Shown here: positions 1-10,029 of the stretch, piece by piece | How the letters are laid out: each line of letters opens with the position of its first letter | Position numbering within the stretch: the first letter of the stretch is position 1 | Source of the DNA: Bdellovibrio sp. | GTDB taxonomy: Bacteria > Bdellovibrionota > Bdellovibrionia > Bdellovibrionales > Bdellovibrionaceae | DNA length: 64,000 bases | Direction: 5' to 3' | NCBI GenBank assembly: GCA_036677065.1 | Contig: JAKFBS010000001.1 | Span: 64,001-128,000 of the forward strand | Translations under genes and position numbers: made by a program | The notes under the pieces: model-generated | The model's input: the letters and a program-made list of their open reading frames with translations, nothing else | Database searches by the model: none | Told to the model about the DNA's origin: nothing

Positions 1-74
1 AAAGCACTAAAACCGTTTGTTTCTTGTAAATTAACTATGGTAAATTCTCTCACTCAGAGAGAGGTAATTTACCT

Positions 75-1634
75 ATGCAAGAAAATGTAATGCAGCTAAA
101 AATTCAAGATCTTGAAAAAAGAAACGACAAAGCTTTTGCCGGTGGTGGTGCAGATAAGATTGCAAAACACAAACAAGGCGGAAGACTTACAGCACGCGAG
201 CGTGTTGAAGTTTTAGTTGATCCAGGCAGCTTCGTTGAAACTGATCGTTTTATGACTCATCGTTGTACTAACTTCGGTATGGAAAAAAATAAAGTTCCGG
301 GTGATGGAATCATCACTGGATACGGTCGTATCAACGGAAAACTCATTTATCTTTCTTCGCAGGATTTCACGGTTAACGGCGGATCAATGTCTCGCACGCA
401 AGCGAATAAAATCTGTAAAGTAATGGATCTAGCTTTAAAAAATGGAGCTCCATTTATTTCGATCAATGATTCTGGTGGCGCGCGTATTCAAGAAGGTATC
501 GAATCTCTTGGTGGTTACGCTGATATCTTTACCCGTAACGTTTTATCTTCGGGTGTGATTCCGCAAATTACCGCAATCATGGGGCCGTGCGCTGGTGGAG
601 CGGTTTATTCTCCGTCGATCACTGATTTCGTATTCATGGTTGAAAATACGTCTTACATGTTTGTAACTGGTCCTGATGTTATTAAAACAGTAACTCATGA
701 AGATGTGACTAAAGAAGATTTAGGTGGAGCGGTTACACATTCACAAAAATCTGGCGTATGTCATTTTACGGCGACTGATGATAAACACTGTTTATTGTTA
801 ATTCGCGAATTAATGAACTTTATCCCTTCGAATAACTTGGATGATTCTCCTACTTTAGGAACTAAAGATACTCCTGATCGCATCAATGAAGCTTTAAATA
901 AGTTGATTCCTGATAACCCGAAAAAACCTTACGACATGTTACAAGTGATTTCAGAAGTTGTAGATGAAGGTTATTTCTTAGAAGTTCATAAAAACTTCGC
1001 GCAAAATATTATCGTAGGCTATGCACGTATGAATGGCCGCCCAGTGGGTATCGTTGCCAACCAACCGCAAATTTTAGCAGGATGTTTAAATATCGATGCT
1101 TCAAGAAAAGCGGCACGCTTTATTCGTTTTTGTGATGCCTTTAATATTCCAATCGTATCGTTTGTTGACGTTCCCGGTTTCTTACCTGGCCGCGATCAAG
1201 AATGGAACGGCATTATTACTCATGGTGCAAAACTTCTTTATGCTTACGCTGAAGCCACTGTTCCGAAAGTTACAGTTATTACGCGTAAAGCTTACGGTGG
1301 TGCTTATATCGTGATGGGTTCTAAATTATTACGTTCAGATGTAAACTTAGCTTATCCATCTGCAGAAATCGCAGTTATGGGCGCTGAAGGCGCAGTAAAT
1401 ATTATTCACCGTGAAAAAATCGCAAAGGCCGCAGACCCTGCTGCTGAAAAAGCAAAATTAACCGCTGAATATGAACAAATGTTTTCAAACCCATATGTTT
1501 CTGCAGAGCTTGGCTACACGGATGAAGTGATCGAACCTGCATTAACCCGTAAACGCGTGATCGATTCTTTGGAAATGCTTCGCAATAAACGCGAAATCAA
1601 TCCACCGAAAAAACACGGAAACATTCCACTTTAA
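75..1634 (+). CDS. pccB: Acyl-CoA (propionyl-CoA) carboxylase carboxyltransferase beta subunit
   Basis: Motifs [19 protein letters not shown] and [10 protein letters not shown]-terminal [15 protein letters not shown]; adjacent to biotin carboxylase and BCCP genes. Confidence 0.93.
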   Translation: MQENVMQLKIQDLEKRNDKAFAGGGADKIAKHKQGGRLTARERVEVLVDPGSFVETDRFMTHRCTNFGMEKNKVPGDGIITGYGRINGKLIYLSSQDFTVNGGSMSRTQANKICKVMDLALKNGAPFISINDSGGARIQEGIESLGGYADIFTRNVLSSGVIPQITAIMGPCAGGAVYSPSITDFVFMVENTSYMFVTGPDVIKTVTHEDVTKEDLGGAVTHSQKSGVCHFTATDDKHCLLLIRELMNFIPSNNLDDSPTLGTKDTPDRINEALNKLIPDNPKKPYDMLQVISEVVDEGYFLEVHKNFAQNIIVGYARMNGRPVGIVANQPQILAGCLNIDASRKAARFIRFCDAFNIPIVSFVDVPGFLPGRDQEWNGIITHGAKLLYAYAEATVPKVTVITRKAYGGAYIVMGSKLLRSDVNLAYPSAEIAVMGAEGAVNIIHREKIAKAADPAAEKAKLTAEYEQMFSNPYVSAELGYTDEVIEPALTRKRVIDSLEMLRNKREINPPKKHGNIPL

Positions 1635-1646
1635 AAAGGGGTCGAT

Positions 1647-3179
1647 ATGCATAGTCATGAAATTTCAACTCCACAGAATGCCCCGTTCAAAAAGATTTTA
1701 ATCGCTAACCGCGGTGAAATCGCGATTCGTGTAACTCGTGCTTGCCGCGAGTTGGGAATTGCAACAGTGGCTGTATTTAGTGATGCTGATCGCGAAAGTT
1801 TACATGTGTTCTTAGCTGATGAAGCTTACCATATTGGACCAAGCCCATCTAAAGAGAGCTATTTAAATTATAAAAAAATTATCGAAGTGGCAAAAAAAGC
1901 TAACGTAGATGCAATTCATCCGGGCTATGGATTCTTGTCTGAAAATCCAGTTTTCGTAAGAGCTTGTAAAGAAGCCGGTATCACGTTTATCGGACCAACT
2001 CCTGAAAATATGGAATCAATGGGAGATAAATTATCTGCCAAAGCTTTAATGAAAAAAGCTGGTGTTCCTTTGGTTCCGGGATCTGATGGCGGTGTTGAAA
2101 CTGTTGAAGAAGCTTTAGTTGTTGCGAAAAAAATCGGTTTACCAATTATCATCAAGGCAACTGCTGGTGGTGGTGGTAAAGGGATGCGCGTTGTTCGTCA
2201 CGAATCAGAAATTGAAAGTGCCTTTCGCGCTTGCCGGTCTGAAGGCCAAAACTACTTTGCCAATCCTACGGTTTATATCGAAAGATTTATTAACGATCCA
2301 AAACATATCGAAATTCAAGTGTTCGGCGACACTCATGGTAACGTAGTGCACTTATTTGAACGTGAATGTTCGGTACAACGTCGTCACCAAAAAATTATCG
2401 AAGAATCGCCGTCTCCATCTGTTCCAATGGATGTGAAACTTAAAATGGGTGATTGTGCGGTTCGCGCAGCTAAATCAATTGGTTATGTTGGTGCCGGTAC
2501 AATCGAATTTATTTTTGATAACCAAACTAAAGAGTTCTTCTTCATGGAGATGAACACTCGTTTGCAAGTAGAACATCCGATCACAGAATTAGTTATCGGT
2601 GTAGATCTTGTGAAAGAGCAAATCTTTGTCGCCAAAGGCAATAAACTTAGTTTCAAACAAGAAGATATCAAACAAAAAGGTCATGCGATTGAAGCGCGTA
2701 TCTGTGCTGAAGATCCAACAACGTATAAACCATCACCTGGTTTAATCCGCGCTTGTCGTCATCCACAAGGGCCATTCTTACGTATCGATTCATATGCTTA
2801 CCCTGGTTATGAAGTGCCTATCTATTACGATCCAATGATTGCCAAAGTTATCACTTGGGGTGATACACGCGAAGAAGCGATCGATCGTATGCAAAGAGCT
2901 TTAGCTGAATTCGTATTAACAGGCATTAAAACTAATATCGTTTTACACCGCACAATCTTAGGACACGAAAAGTTCTTAGATGGTTCATACACGACTCAAT
3001 TTATTGAAAAGAATTTTGAAGTGTTAGAACCGCAAATGTTTCGCGAAGTGAATGACAAGGTTTTCTTAATTGCAGCGGCAATTACTGCTTATGAAGATCG
3101 TAAATCAAAAGATGTGCGCAGATACAATGTGCGCTCTAACTGGCGCAGTCTTAGCCGTAAAATTCAATTGAGAACGTAA
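1647..3179 (+). CDS. accC: Biotin carboxylase subunit of acyl-CoA carboxylase
   Basis: Motifs KILIANRGEIA, HPGYGFLSEN, GGGGKGMR, RECSVQRRHQK, EMNTRLQVEH. Confidence 0.93.
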   Translation: MHSHEISTPQNAPFKKILIANRGEIAIRVTRACRELGIATVAVFSDADRESLHVFLADEAYHIGPSPSKESYLNYKKIIEVAKKANVDAIHPGYGFLSENPVFVRACKEAGITFIGPTPENMESMGDKLSAKALMKKAGVPLVPGSDGGVETVEEALVVAKKIGLPIIIKATAGGGGKGMRVVRHESEIESAFRACRSEGQNYFANPTVYIERFINDPKHIEIQVFGDTHGNVVHLFERECSVQRRHQKIIEESPSPSVPMDVKLKMGDCAVRAAKSIGYVGAGTIEFIFDNQTKEFFFMEMNTRLQVEHPITELVIGVDLVKEQIFVAKGNKLSFKQEDIKQKGHAIEARICAEDPTTYKPSPGLIRACRHPQGPFLRIDSYAYPGYEVPIYYDPMIAKVITWGDTREEAIDRMQRALAEFVLTGIKTNIVLHRTILGHEKFLDGSYTTQFIEKNFEVLEPQMFREVNDKVFLIAAAITAYEDRKSKDVRRYNVRSNWRSLSRKIQLRT

Positions 3180-3188
3180 GGATTAGAT

Positions 3189-3716
3189 ATGTATTTTGAA
3201 GCAGAACTTAAAGATAAGAAATATAAAGTCGATGTCCACGAAGAACGTCATTCTTGGAAGGTGTCTTTACAACAAGACGGCCAGGACTGGCAGCACTACG
3301 ACATTTCTAAAACTGATTTCAAGCATGCTGAAGAGTATGTAAGCTTTCTATTTGATGGAAAGTCATACCTTATCGACGTGCTAGGGCAAGACACTGAGTA
3401 CACAGTATTCATTCGTAATTCGTTTCGTACGATCAAAATTTTCAATGATGAAATGTTATTACATGAATCATTAAAAAAAGGTGGCGGCGCTGGTTCAAAC
3501 ATTGAATTAAAAGCCGGTATGCCTGGCAAAGTGATCGAGATCTTCGTTAAAGAAGGTGAAATCGTTAAGGCTGGTAAACCATTGTTAATTATGGAAGCCA
3601 TGAAAATGGAAAATGAAATGCGCGCATCTAGCGATGTTAAGATCAAACAGATCTGCATCAAGCAAGGCGACTCGGTCGAAAACGGGGCTGTCTTAATTAG
3701 ATTTGAAAAACCATAA
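3189..3716 (+). CDS. Biotin carboxyl carrier protein with N-terminal extension
   Basis: EAMKMENE biotinylation motif in a C-terminal biotinyl domain. Confidence 0.9.
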   Translation: MYFEAELKDKKYKVDVHEERHSWKVSLQQDGQDWQHYDISKTDFKHAEEYVSFLFDGKSYLIDVLGQDTEYTVFIRNSFRTIKIFNDEMLLHESLKKGGGAGSNIELKAGMPGKVIEIFVKEGEIVKAGKPLLIMEAMKMENEMRASSDVKIKQICIKQGDSVENGAVLIRFEKP

Positions 3717-3720
3717 ATAA

Positions 3721-3750
3721 AAAAAGCTCCTTAACCGGAGCTTTTTTTTT
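3721..3750. terminator. Bidirectional intrinsic terminator
   Basis: AAAAAGCTCC-ttaacc-GGAGCTTTTTTTTT between convergent genes. Confidence 0.85.
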
Positions 3751-3774
3751 GCTTTAAATTTTAAAATCTAAAAA

Positions 3775-4524
3775 TTATAAAGCTGAAAAATTACCTAAAC
3801 CATCGATATGGTATGAATAAGATTGTGTCTCTTTTTTCAAGATTGTAGAAACCGTCCAATTAATATTTATAATCATACCAGCTAAAGGATTTGTTGAAGT
3901 TCCTTTGTTGTACACTGATTCAACTGCAGCTTGTACGTTGAATGTGTATAGGTAAGCTGTTTTAAATTCTTGTGGCTCTACCGACACGTAACCAATGTAT
4001 TTACCTTGGCCTTTATAGCTACCATTAGTTAGATAAATTATTTTATAAACTAATTTAGCCACTTCGATATTATATAGATTTTTATACGTGATTTCGTAAT
4101 ATTTAGATTGTGGATTTTTCCAGCCTTCTAACTGTTGCCAGGCTGTAATGTTTTGCGGAACCGCAGTCGCTTTTGGCATTTTTTGATAATTGGCGACTGG
4201 TTTTCCCTTTTCTAAAACATTCCAGATTTTTGTACCTATATTAATGATTTTATCGACAATAACTTCAACTTGATTCAATTGCCCGATCACTTGATCAAAA
4301 GGGCCACCAACACCAAGATCAGCTTCAATAGCTTCGCGTTGCAGTGCTGCTTGTTCTATTTTAAATCGGTTTTTCTTTTGGTATTTTTCGGTGACATCCC
4401 GAACTTCGACGTTCAGCGGAGTGAGTTGATCCATCATCTCTTGCGAGATGTCGCGTGGATCAGCGGCGTTAGCCAATATCGGCATTGCAAGACTTGCGAG
4501 AACAATAATCGTTAAAAACTTCAT
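3775..4524 (-). CDS. Secreted hypothetical protein
   Basis: Start moved to MKFLTIIVLASLAMPILANA (Sec signal, AxA site), preceded by AGGGGGA RBS; no family recognised. Confidence 0.75.
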   Translation of the reverse strand: MKFLTIIVLASLAMPILANAADPRDISQEMMDQLTPLNVEVRDVTEKYQKKNRFKIEQAALQREAIEADLGVGGPFDQVIGQLNQVEVIVDKIINIGTKIWNVLEKGKPVANYQKMPKATAVPQNITAWQQLEGWKNPQSKYYEITYKNLYNIEVAKLVYKIIYLTNGSYKGQGKYIGYVSVEPQEFKTAYLYTFNVQAAVESVYNKGTSTNPLAGMIININWTVSTILKKETQSYSYHIDGLGNFSAL

Positions 4525-4718
4525 ACTTCCCCCTGTGGATGTGGGGCCACCATATAATTGGGTGTTGTTTATTATCAACAATCTTTAAGCACAATTGTAA
4601 AGAATCATAGATCGTCAAAAAAATTGTCACTCTTACGCCAACGAGGTGTATTGTCCCTCTATCGGTTTAAATCTTCATGGCATGTTCAATGCTTTAAAAG
4701 CGTCTTTATAGAGGAACC

Positions 4719-7586
4719 GTGGATCAATCATCACCTAACAAAAACTTAACAGCACTAAGCCTGAAGCTCACGCGTTGGCTTTCTGGGATTGTTTTACTGA
4801 TTCCTATTGTTGTAACTATTGGCCATGTTTTTGAAATCCCGGTTTTAACTGGCCAAGTCGGCGAATTTCCCCCCATGCGTACAAACAGTTCGCTTGGAGT
4901 GTTCATTTTATCTCTTAGCATTTTTTTAACATCGATAAAAAATGCGCCGCGATTTATTATTGCGCTGGGTGCAGCGTTCACCTTGTTACTCGGAAGCTTA
5001 ACCTTAGCGGGGTATTTTTTACCTTTTACGAGCGGCGCTCCGACTCCTCAAGTGGCGTTAAATTTTATCTTGATGGGAGCTAGTGTAATTATTTATTGTT
5101 ATCTGCCTCAGCTAATAAGGCTTGCACAGTACATGGTTTTATTTGCTGGTCTTAACGCTGAAATTGCAATAACTGGCTATATCTTTAATGCCACCGAGTT
5201 TTATGGTTTTCCGATGTACAGGCAAGACATGGGAATGTCTGTACCCACGACCGCGTCTTTTCTTCTGCTTGCTTTAGCTGTAATTTGTAGTCGCCCTGAC
5301 GTAGGCTTAACCAAGATTTTATTTCGCGAAAAATCTGCAAGTGGCGCCGTCGCGCGAAAACTTTTTCTGACAGTCATTCTTGGTCCTCTGGTTATCGGCG
5401 CAATTACACATCTGGGTTTGTTTTTTGGTCTTTATGAAGACAAGGCGCATGACGCCCTGTTTGTTATACTTTTTATCGCAATGATTATTCGCAACACCTG
5501 GCAATCCGCCAAACAATCTGAAATTCAGGAACTGCGAGTCGAACAGGCTTTAATTGAAAAAAACTTATCTGAAGCAAGAGCGACGGGAATCATTTCTATT
5601 TCTGCCGACGCTATCATTTCGATCGATCGCAGCCACAAGATAGTTCTTTTTAATGAAGGCGCAGAAAAAATTTTTGGTTATAGCCAGACAGAAATGTTAG
5701 GAAATAAGTTAGATCGCCTTATTCCCGACCGCTTTCGCAAAAACCACCAACACCATGTAAAAAAATTTTCTGCTGACAAAAACACTGCTCGTCGCATGGG
5801 CGAGCGCGGTGCCACGATTTACGGGCTTCGAAAAAATGGCGAAGAGTTTCCGGCTGATGCGGCCATTTCAAATATTGATGTCGGCGGAAACCAGCTGATG
5901 ACTGTGACTTTACAAGATATCACCGATAGAGTACGTATTGAAAAAGCACAGCAATTATTAGCAGAGGTTGGCTCAGCTTTAGCTGAAGGTGGGCTGCACT
6001 TAGAAAAAACGATTCAAAAGCTTGCCGAAGTTTCAGTTAAAGGTTTAGGTGATTATTGTATTCTAAATATCGCTTGCGCCAACAATGAATGTGACATTCT
6101 AAAAATTGTCGCTAACGACCCAACCAACAACCAAAAATGCGACGATTTATCGAATCTTATCAAATCAGGGGCCTTTTCACATTTAATTGTTAAATCTGAA
6201 GAATCTTTAATAATTGAAAATGTAACCGATTACCAACGTTCGCTGTTGGCTGGCAACGAAGCCGAATTACAAGTGTTGCACAATTTAAATCTGGTCTCAT
6301 TAATGTCAGTGCCTTTGATCGCGAAGCGAAAATACATTGGCACACTGGTTATAATATCAGCCACGCCTAATCGTCGTTATCATGAATTGGATTTACGTTT
6401 GGCCGAAGCGGTTGCCCTGCGCGCAGCTCTATCGATCGAAAATTCTCATCTTTACAACGAATCTCAGAAAGCCATCACCAGTCGTGAAGAAATTTTAGCC
6501 ATCGTGTCGCATGATCTAAAAAGCCCACTAACGACAATTAAATTAATCGGCGAAACACTGCAGCTACTTGATTCTCCAGATAAAAAAACTTGCGATTCAT
6601 TTGCAAAAAAAATTGATAAGTCCGTCAAACAAATGCAGGTGCTTATCGGCGATTTGTTAGATTTTGCCAAAATTCAAAGTGGTTCTTTTTCAGTCAGCAA
6701 ACAGACCGAAAATTTGCTTGATGCTCTTCGCGAAACCACTGAATCAGTACAGGCACAAGCAGAAGCCAATCATCAAACTTTAGTTATGGATTTTGCAGCT
6801 GATCTACCGAAAATAACTATTGATCTGCCGCGAATAGTTCAAGTCATATCAAATCTGTTAAGTAACGCGATAAAGTTTACTCCTGCGAGTGGCACTATTA
6901 AAATTTCTGCTGCTGTTCTTAAATCCGATATCTTAGTTTCTGTTTCAGATACAGGCCCCGGAATTGCGCCTGAAAATTTAACTAAAATCTTTGACCGCTT
7001 CTGGCAAGTTGATTCTGCGAAACACAAAGGCAGCGGCTTAGGTTTATCAATTGCTAAAGGAATTATTCAAGCCCATGGCGGAAAAATTTGGGCCGAAAGC
7101 GAATTGCAAAAAGGAACTACTTTTTATTTCACCCTACCAATAGTGCATGCAGAAAAAACTGAATTCACTCGTCGTACTATCGACATGTCAAATCCTTCAA
7201 CTAGCCTTTTGCATGGCCAGCACATTTTAGTTGTCGATGATTCGCCGGATAATTTATTTTTAATAAAACATTTACTTGAAAGCATGGGTGCAGAAGTTTC
7301 TATAGCAGATAATGTAAAAACAGCATTATCGAGTATTAAGTTTTCTTTGCCCGATGTTCTGTTTACAGACATCGAAATGCCTGAAGAAACTGGTTACGAT
7401 CTGCTTTCACAATTGCGTGAATCTGCTGATTCGCAGAACAATCCAATACCGGTCGTTGCTTTAACCGGCCACGAAGATAAGCAGGAACTCGACAAAATAA
7501 AAGCTGCCGGTTTTGATTTATGTCTGTCAAAACCTATTAATTTAGAAAAATTAATTTCGGCTATATTAAAATTTACAAATCACTAA
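4719..7586 (+). CDS. Membrane hybrid sensor histidine kinase (TM-PAS-GAF-HisKA-HATPase-REC)
   Basis: Multiple N-terminal TM helices; PAS (DAIISID..FNEGAEKIFGY..RKNGEEFP); H-box SHDLKSPL; N-box NLLSNAIKFT; G boxes DTGPGI and GSGLGL; receiver VVDD..TDIEMP..KP. Confidence 0.9.
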   Translation: MDQSSPNKNLTALSLKLTRWLSGIVLLIPIVVTIGHVFEIPVLTGQVGEFPPMRTNSSLGVFILSLSIFLTSIKNAPRFIIALGAAFTLLLGSLTLAGYFLPFTSGAPTPQVALNFILMGASVIIYCYLPQLIRLAQYMVLFAGLNAEIAITGYIFNATEFYGFPMYRQDMGMSVPTTASFLLLALAVICSRPDVGLTKILFREKSASGAVARKLFLTVILGPLVIGAITHLGLFFGLYEDKAHDALFVILFIAMIIRNTWQSAKQSEIQELRVEQALIEKNLSEARATGIISISADAIISIDRSHKIVLFNEGAEKIFGYSQTEMLGNKLDRLIPDRFRKNHQHHVKKFSADKNTARRMGERGATIYGLRKNGEEFPADAAISNIDVGGNQLMTVTLQDITDRVRIEKAQQLLAEVGSALAEGGLHLEKTIQKLAEVSVKGLGDYCILNIACANNECDILKIVANDPTNNQKCDDLSNLIKSGAFSHLIVKSEESLIIENVTDYQRSLLAGNEAELQVLHNLNLVSLMSVPLIAKRKYIGTLVIISATPNRRYHELDLRLAEAVALRAALSIENSHLYNESQKAITSREEILAIVSHDLKSPLTTIKLIGETLQLLDSPDKKTCDSFAKKIDKSVKQMQVLIGDLLDFAKIQSGSFSVSKQTENLLDALRETTESVQAQAEANHQTLVMDFAADLPKITIDLPRIVQVISNLLSNAIKFTPASGTIKISAAVLKSDILVSVSDTGPGIAPENLTKIFDRFWQVDSAKHKGSGLGLSIAKGIIQAHGGKIWAESELQKGTTFYFTLPIVHAEKTEFTRRTIDMSNPSTSLLHGQHILVVDDSPDNLFLIKHLLESMGAEVSIADNVKTALSSIKFSLPDVLFTDIEMPEETGYDLLSQLRESADSQNNPIPVVALTGHEDKQELDKIKAAGFDLCLSKPINLEKLISAILKFTNH

Positions 7587-8194
7587 ATCTTTTTTAGTAA
7601 TTCTTCTTTTTTAGCTGTGTATTCAGCTTCTGATAGGGCGCCTGATTGATATAGTTTGTGTAAGTCTTCGATAACTTTTGAAACATCTGCTGATTGTGAA
7701 GAAGATACCGTAGATGCTGTCGTGTTCACTGAACTGGCCGCATTTGAAACTTCAACTGAATCACCAGCTAAGCGATTAAAAATAACTTTAACTTCAGCTA
7801 ACCAAACTTGAAAATAATTTAAATCTGGTGCGTCTTGGTTGACCACAACACTTTCAGCAATCATGTCGTGTAGTGTTTGGCGTTTGGCCGTAAATAGGTT
7901 CATTAAATAACCAATGCCTAAAACAAAACCAGATAGAATACTGCAAAAGTATCTAATGTATGATTGTTTTAATGTTAAACGTTCACCCGTTTCAGACAAA
8001 ACAACCATTCTCATCATAGCTTTTCCAGGCGTGCCTTTTAACGGTGAAGCCTCAAAAACCGGTTTATACAGTAAACCTAGAACAAGCCCGCCGACATAAG
8101 GAACTAATGTTCCTAAGATAGCCGCTGGAATTAACATAATTAATGCATCAATAACTAATGCCATAAAACGGCGCCAAAAACCTGAATAAACCAT
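7583..8194 (-). CDS. RDD family membrane protein with C-terminal SHOCT domain
   Basis: GFWRRFMALVID, GTPGK and RQTLHDMIA motifs; C-terminal LHKLYQSGALSEAEYTAKKEELL. Confidence 0.85.
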   Translation of the reverse strand: MVYSGFWRRFMALVIDALIMLIPAAILGTLVPYVGGLVLGLLYKPVFEASPLKGTPGKAMMRMVVLSETGERLTLKQSYIRYFCSILSGFVLGIGYLMNLFTAKRQTLHDMIAESVVVNQDAPDLNYFQVWLAEVKVIFNRLAGDSVEVSNAASSVNTTASTVSSSQSADVSKVIEDLHKLYQSGALSEAEYTAKKEELLKKI

Positions 8195-8205
8195 ATTAAA
8201 TCTCC

Positions 8206-8991
8206 TTAGTTCTCAAAACTCTCTGATAAAGCTTTTTTCTTTTCAAAAAAGCCCACAATTACAATTGATATTTCATACATCACCCAAAGAGGTACCATAA
8301 GTAAAATCATACTTAAAGCATCTGGCGGGGCGACAACTGCAGAAACAGCGGTGATAGCGACTACTGCATATTTCTTTTTTTCTTTTAAAAATCTTTGCGA
8401 AACCAGGCCGACCATTCCCAAGAACGTGATTACGACAGGCATTTCGAAAGTTAATCCGAACACAACCGCGGTTTGAGTGAAAAATCCAAGATAGTGGTCA
8501 ATCGTAATCATTGGTTTGTCGACATCGCCACCAAAGGTCATTAAAAATTTAAAGGCCATTGGCAATACAACGAAATAACTAAAAGCAACGCCCAAGCAAA
8601 ACTGCAATGTTCCGAAAAATATAAAGCCTGTCGCCATTTTTCTTTCATTGCGATAAAGTGCTGGCGCAATGAATTTCCAAAGTTGATATAGCCATAACGG
8701 CGCAGATAAAACTAATCCGGCTACAAAGGCGATTTTAATATGCGCCATAAATTTATCAATGGGCCCAGTATAAACTAAGCCGCCGCTTGGTAAATACGGT
8801 TGAATGGGCTTACGAATAACATCAAAAAGTTTTTCGCTGAATCCCCACGCCAGGCAAGTTCCAAAAAAAATAGCGTACGCTGCGCGTGTTAAGCGAAAAC
8901 GCAACTCTCCCAGATGTTCAATCAGAGACATGTTTTTTTCTTCTTCGGTAGCTGCTGCTGTTTTAGGTTCTGGATTAGGATTTGGATTCAT
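8206..8991 (-). CDS. tatC: Twin-arginine translocase subunit TatC
   Basis: MSLIEHLGELRFRL, YQLWKFIAPALY, FEMPV, PPD and YEIS motifs; six TM pattern. Confidence 0.95.
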   Translation of the reverse strand: MNPNPNPEPKTAAATEEEKNMSLIEHLGELRFRLTRAAYAIFFGTCLAWGFSEKLFDVIRKPIQPYLPSGGLVYTGPIDKFMAHIKIAFVAGLVLSAPLWLYQLWKFIAPALYRNERKMATGFIFFGTLQFCLGVAFSYFVVLPMAFKFLMTFGGDVDKPMITIDHYLGFFTQTAVVFGLTFEMPVVITFLGMVGLVSQRFLKEKKKYAVVAITAVSAVVAPPDALSMILLMVPLWVMYEISIVIVGFFEKKKALSESFEN

Positions 8992-9262
8992 CGGATTTTT
9001 CTGCCACTACTTCATCTAAGTTTGTTACTGGCGCAGAAGGAGTTGCTTGCTGTTGCGCTTGCTGCGGTGGCGTTGGTTTGTGTTTTAATAAATCTGAAGG
9101 TCTGATTTCAGCTTCTTTTTTAAGTTCTTCAAAGACTCCCGAGGTGCTTCGGCGCAAATCATTAAACATGCGACCAATATTGCGCATAACTTCAGGAAGT
9201 TTCTCTGGCGGGATAACGATAATTAAAATTATTCCAAGAATCAGTAAATGGCTAAAACTCAT
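8975..9262 (-). CDS. tatB: Twin-arginine translocase subunit TatB (TatA/B family)
   Basis: N-terminal TM followed by PEKLPEVMR amphipathic helix; directly upstream of tatC. Confidence 0.85.
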   Translation of the reverse strand: MSFSHLLILGIILIIVIPPEKLPEVMRNIGRMFNDLRRSTSGVFEELKKEAEIRPSDLLKHKPTPPQQAQQQATPSAPVTNLDEVVAEKSDESKS

Positions 9263-9277
9263 GTACTCAGTTTTAAC

Positions 9278-9892
9278 TTAGGCTTTATTAAGTTTCAATT
9301 GTTCTTTTGGCAGGGTCACAATGCCCAATTGAGTTAGCTTTTCACGAGCCATTTCAGAACCTGTTTTCAGATACAAGTCATAAAGACGTAAGACGTTCTG
9401 ATCGGCCTGCACGGCTGACTTTTCACTCATATAGCTTAGCACTTCTACAAACTCTATAAAGCGCTTAGAAAACGTTTTATAGACTTCGCTTAAGTGGTCT
9501 TCTTTAGTCCAGGTCGCTAAGTTAAAATACGCGGCCGAACCCATTTCAGAATAATAATCAATATCGACTAACTTCTTTTGCAGTGAATCGCCAAAAAATC
9601 CAGCCAGGTATAGCGAACGATCTGCCAACGTTTTCATGATTTCTTTTTTGCGCGTATTTTCTGAATTCATCGCAATCAAATACATTTCAGCTAAAGTTTC
9701 TGGAGGATTTTCGTTGTTTTCGCCATGCGTGCTATGCGGTTTAAACAAATTGCGTGAATCAAGATAGTGTTTAAGCATATGAATAAGATACGTTTCCAAA
9801 TGTGGATACGATTTTACTTTTCTTTGTTCTAAAGCTTCTTTCAAAGCCTCGGAGAAATGCTGCTCCGGAGAAATAAATAAAAATGCACTCAT
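9278..9892 (-). CDS. Hypothetical cytoplasmic helical protein, first gene of the tatBC unit
   Basis: 204-aa ORF co-oriented 15 bp upstream of tatB, with its own promoter motif. Confidence 0.75.
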   Translation of the reverse strand: MSAFLFISPEQHFSEALKEALEQRKVKSYPHLETYLIHMLKHYLDSRNLFKPHSTHGENNENPPETLAEMYLIAMNSENTRKKEIMKTLADRSLYLAGFFGDSLQKKLVDIDYYSEMGSAAYFNLATWTKEDHLSEVYKTFSKRFIEFVEVLSYMSEKSAVQADQNVLRLYDLYLKTGSEMAREKLTQLGIVTLPKEQLKLNKA

Positions 9893-9916
9893 AGCTTGTG
9901 TCTCATCTTAGTATAC

Positions 9917-9944
9917 TTATCGGCCTTGATCTAGTCGGGCTTAA
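9917..9944 (-). promoter_or_regulatory. Sigma28 (FliA)-type promoter for the hypothetical-tatB-tatC-RDD unit
   Basis: Minus strand reads TTAAG-N15-GCCGATAA; the -10 is a perfect match to the sigma28 consensus. Confidence 0.75.
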
Positions 9945-9995
9945 CGTAAAAGTGGCTCTGAGAGCAATTCTTGGCCTAGGTCGGGTTAAATCGAC

Positions 9996-10023
9996 TTAAT
10001 TCTGTTTCATAATAGTCCGATAG
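9996..10023 (+). promoter_or_regulatory. Sigma28-like promoter, probably giving a leaderless cpaF mRNA
   Basis: TTAAT-N15-TCCGATAG ending 6 nt before ATG 10030; no SD present. Confidence 0.5.
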
Positions 10024-10029
10024 GCTCTT

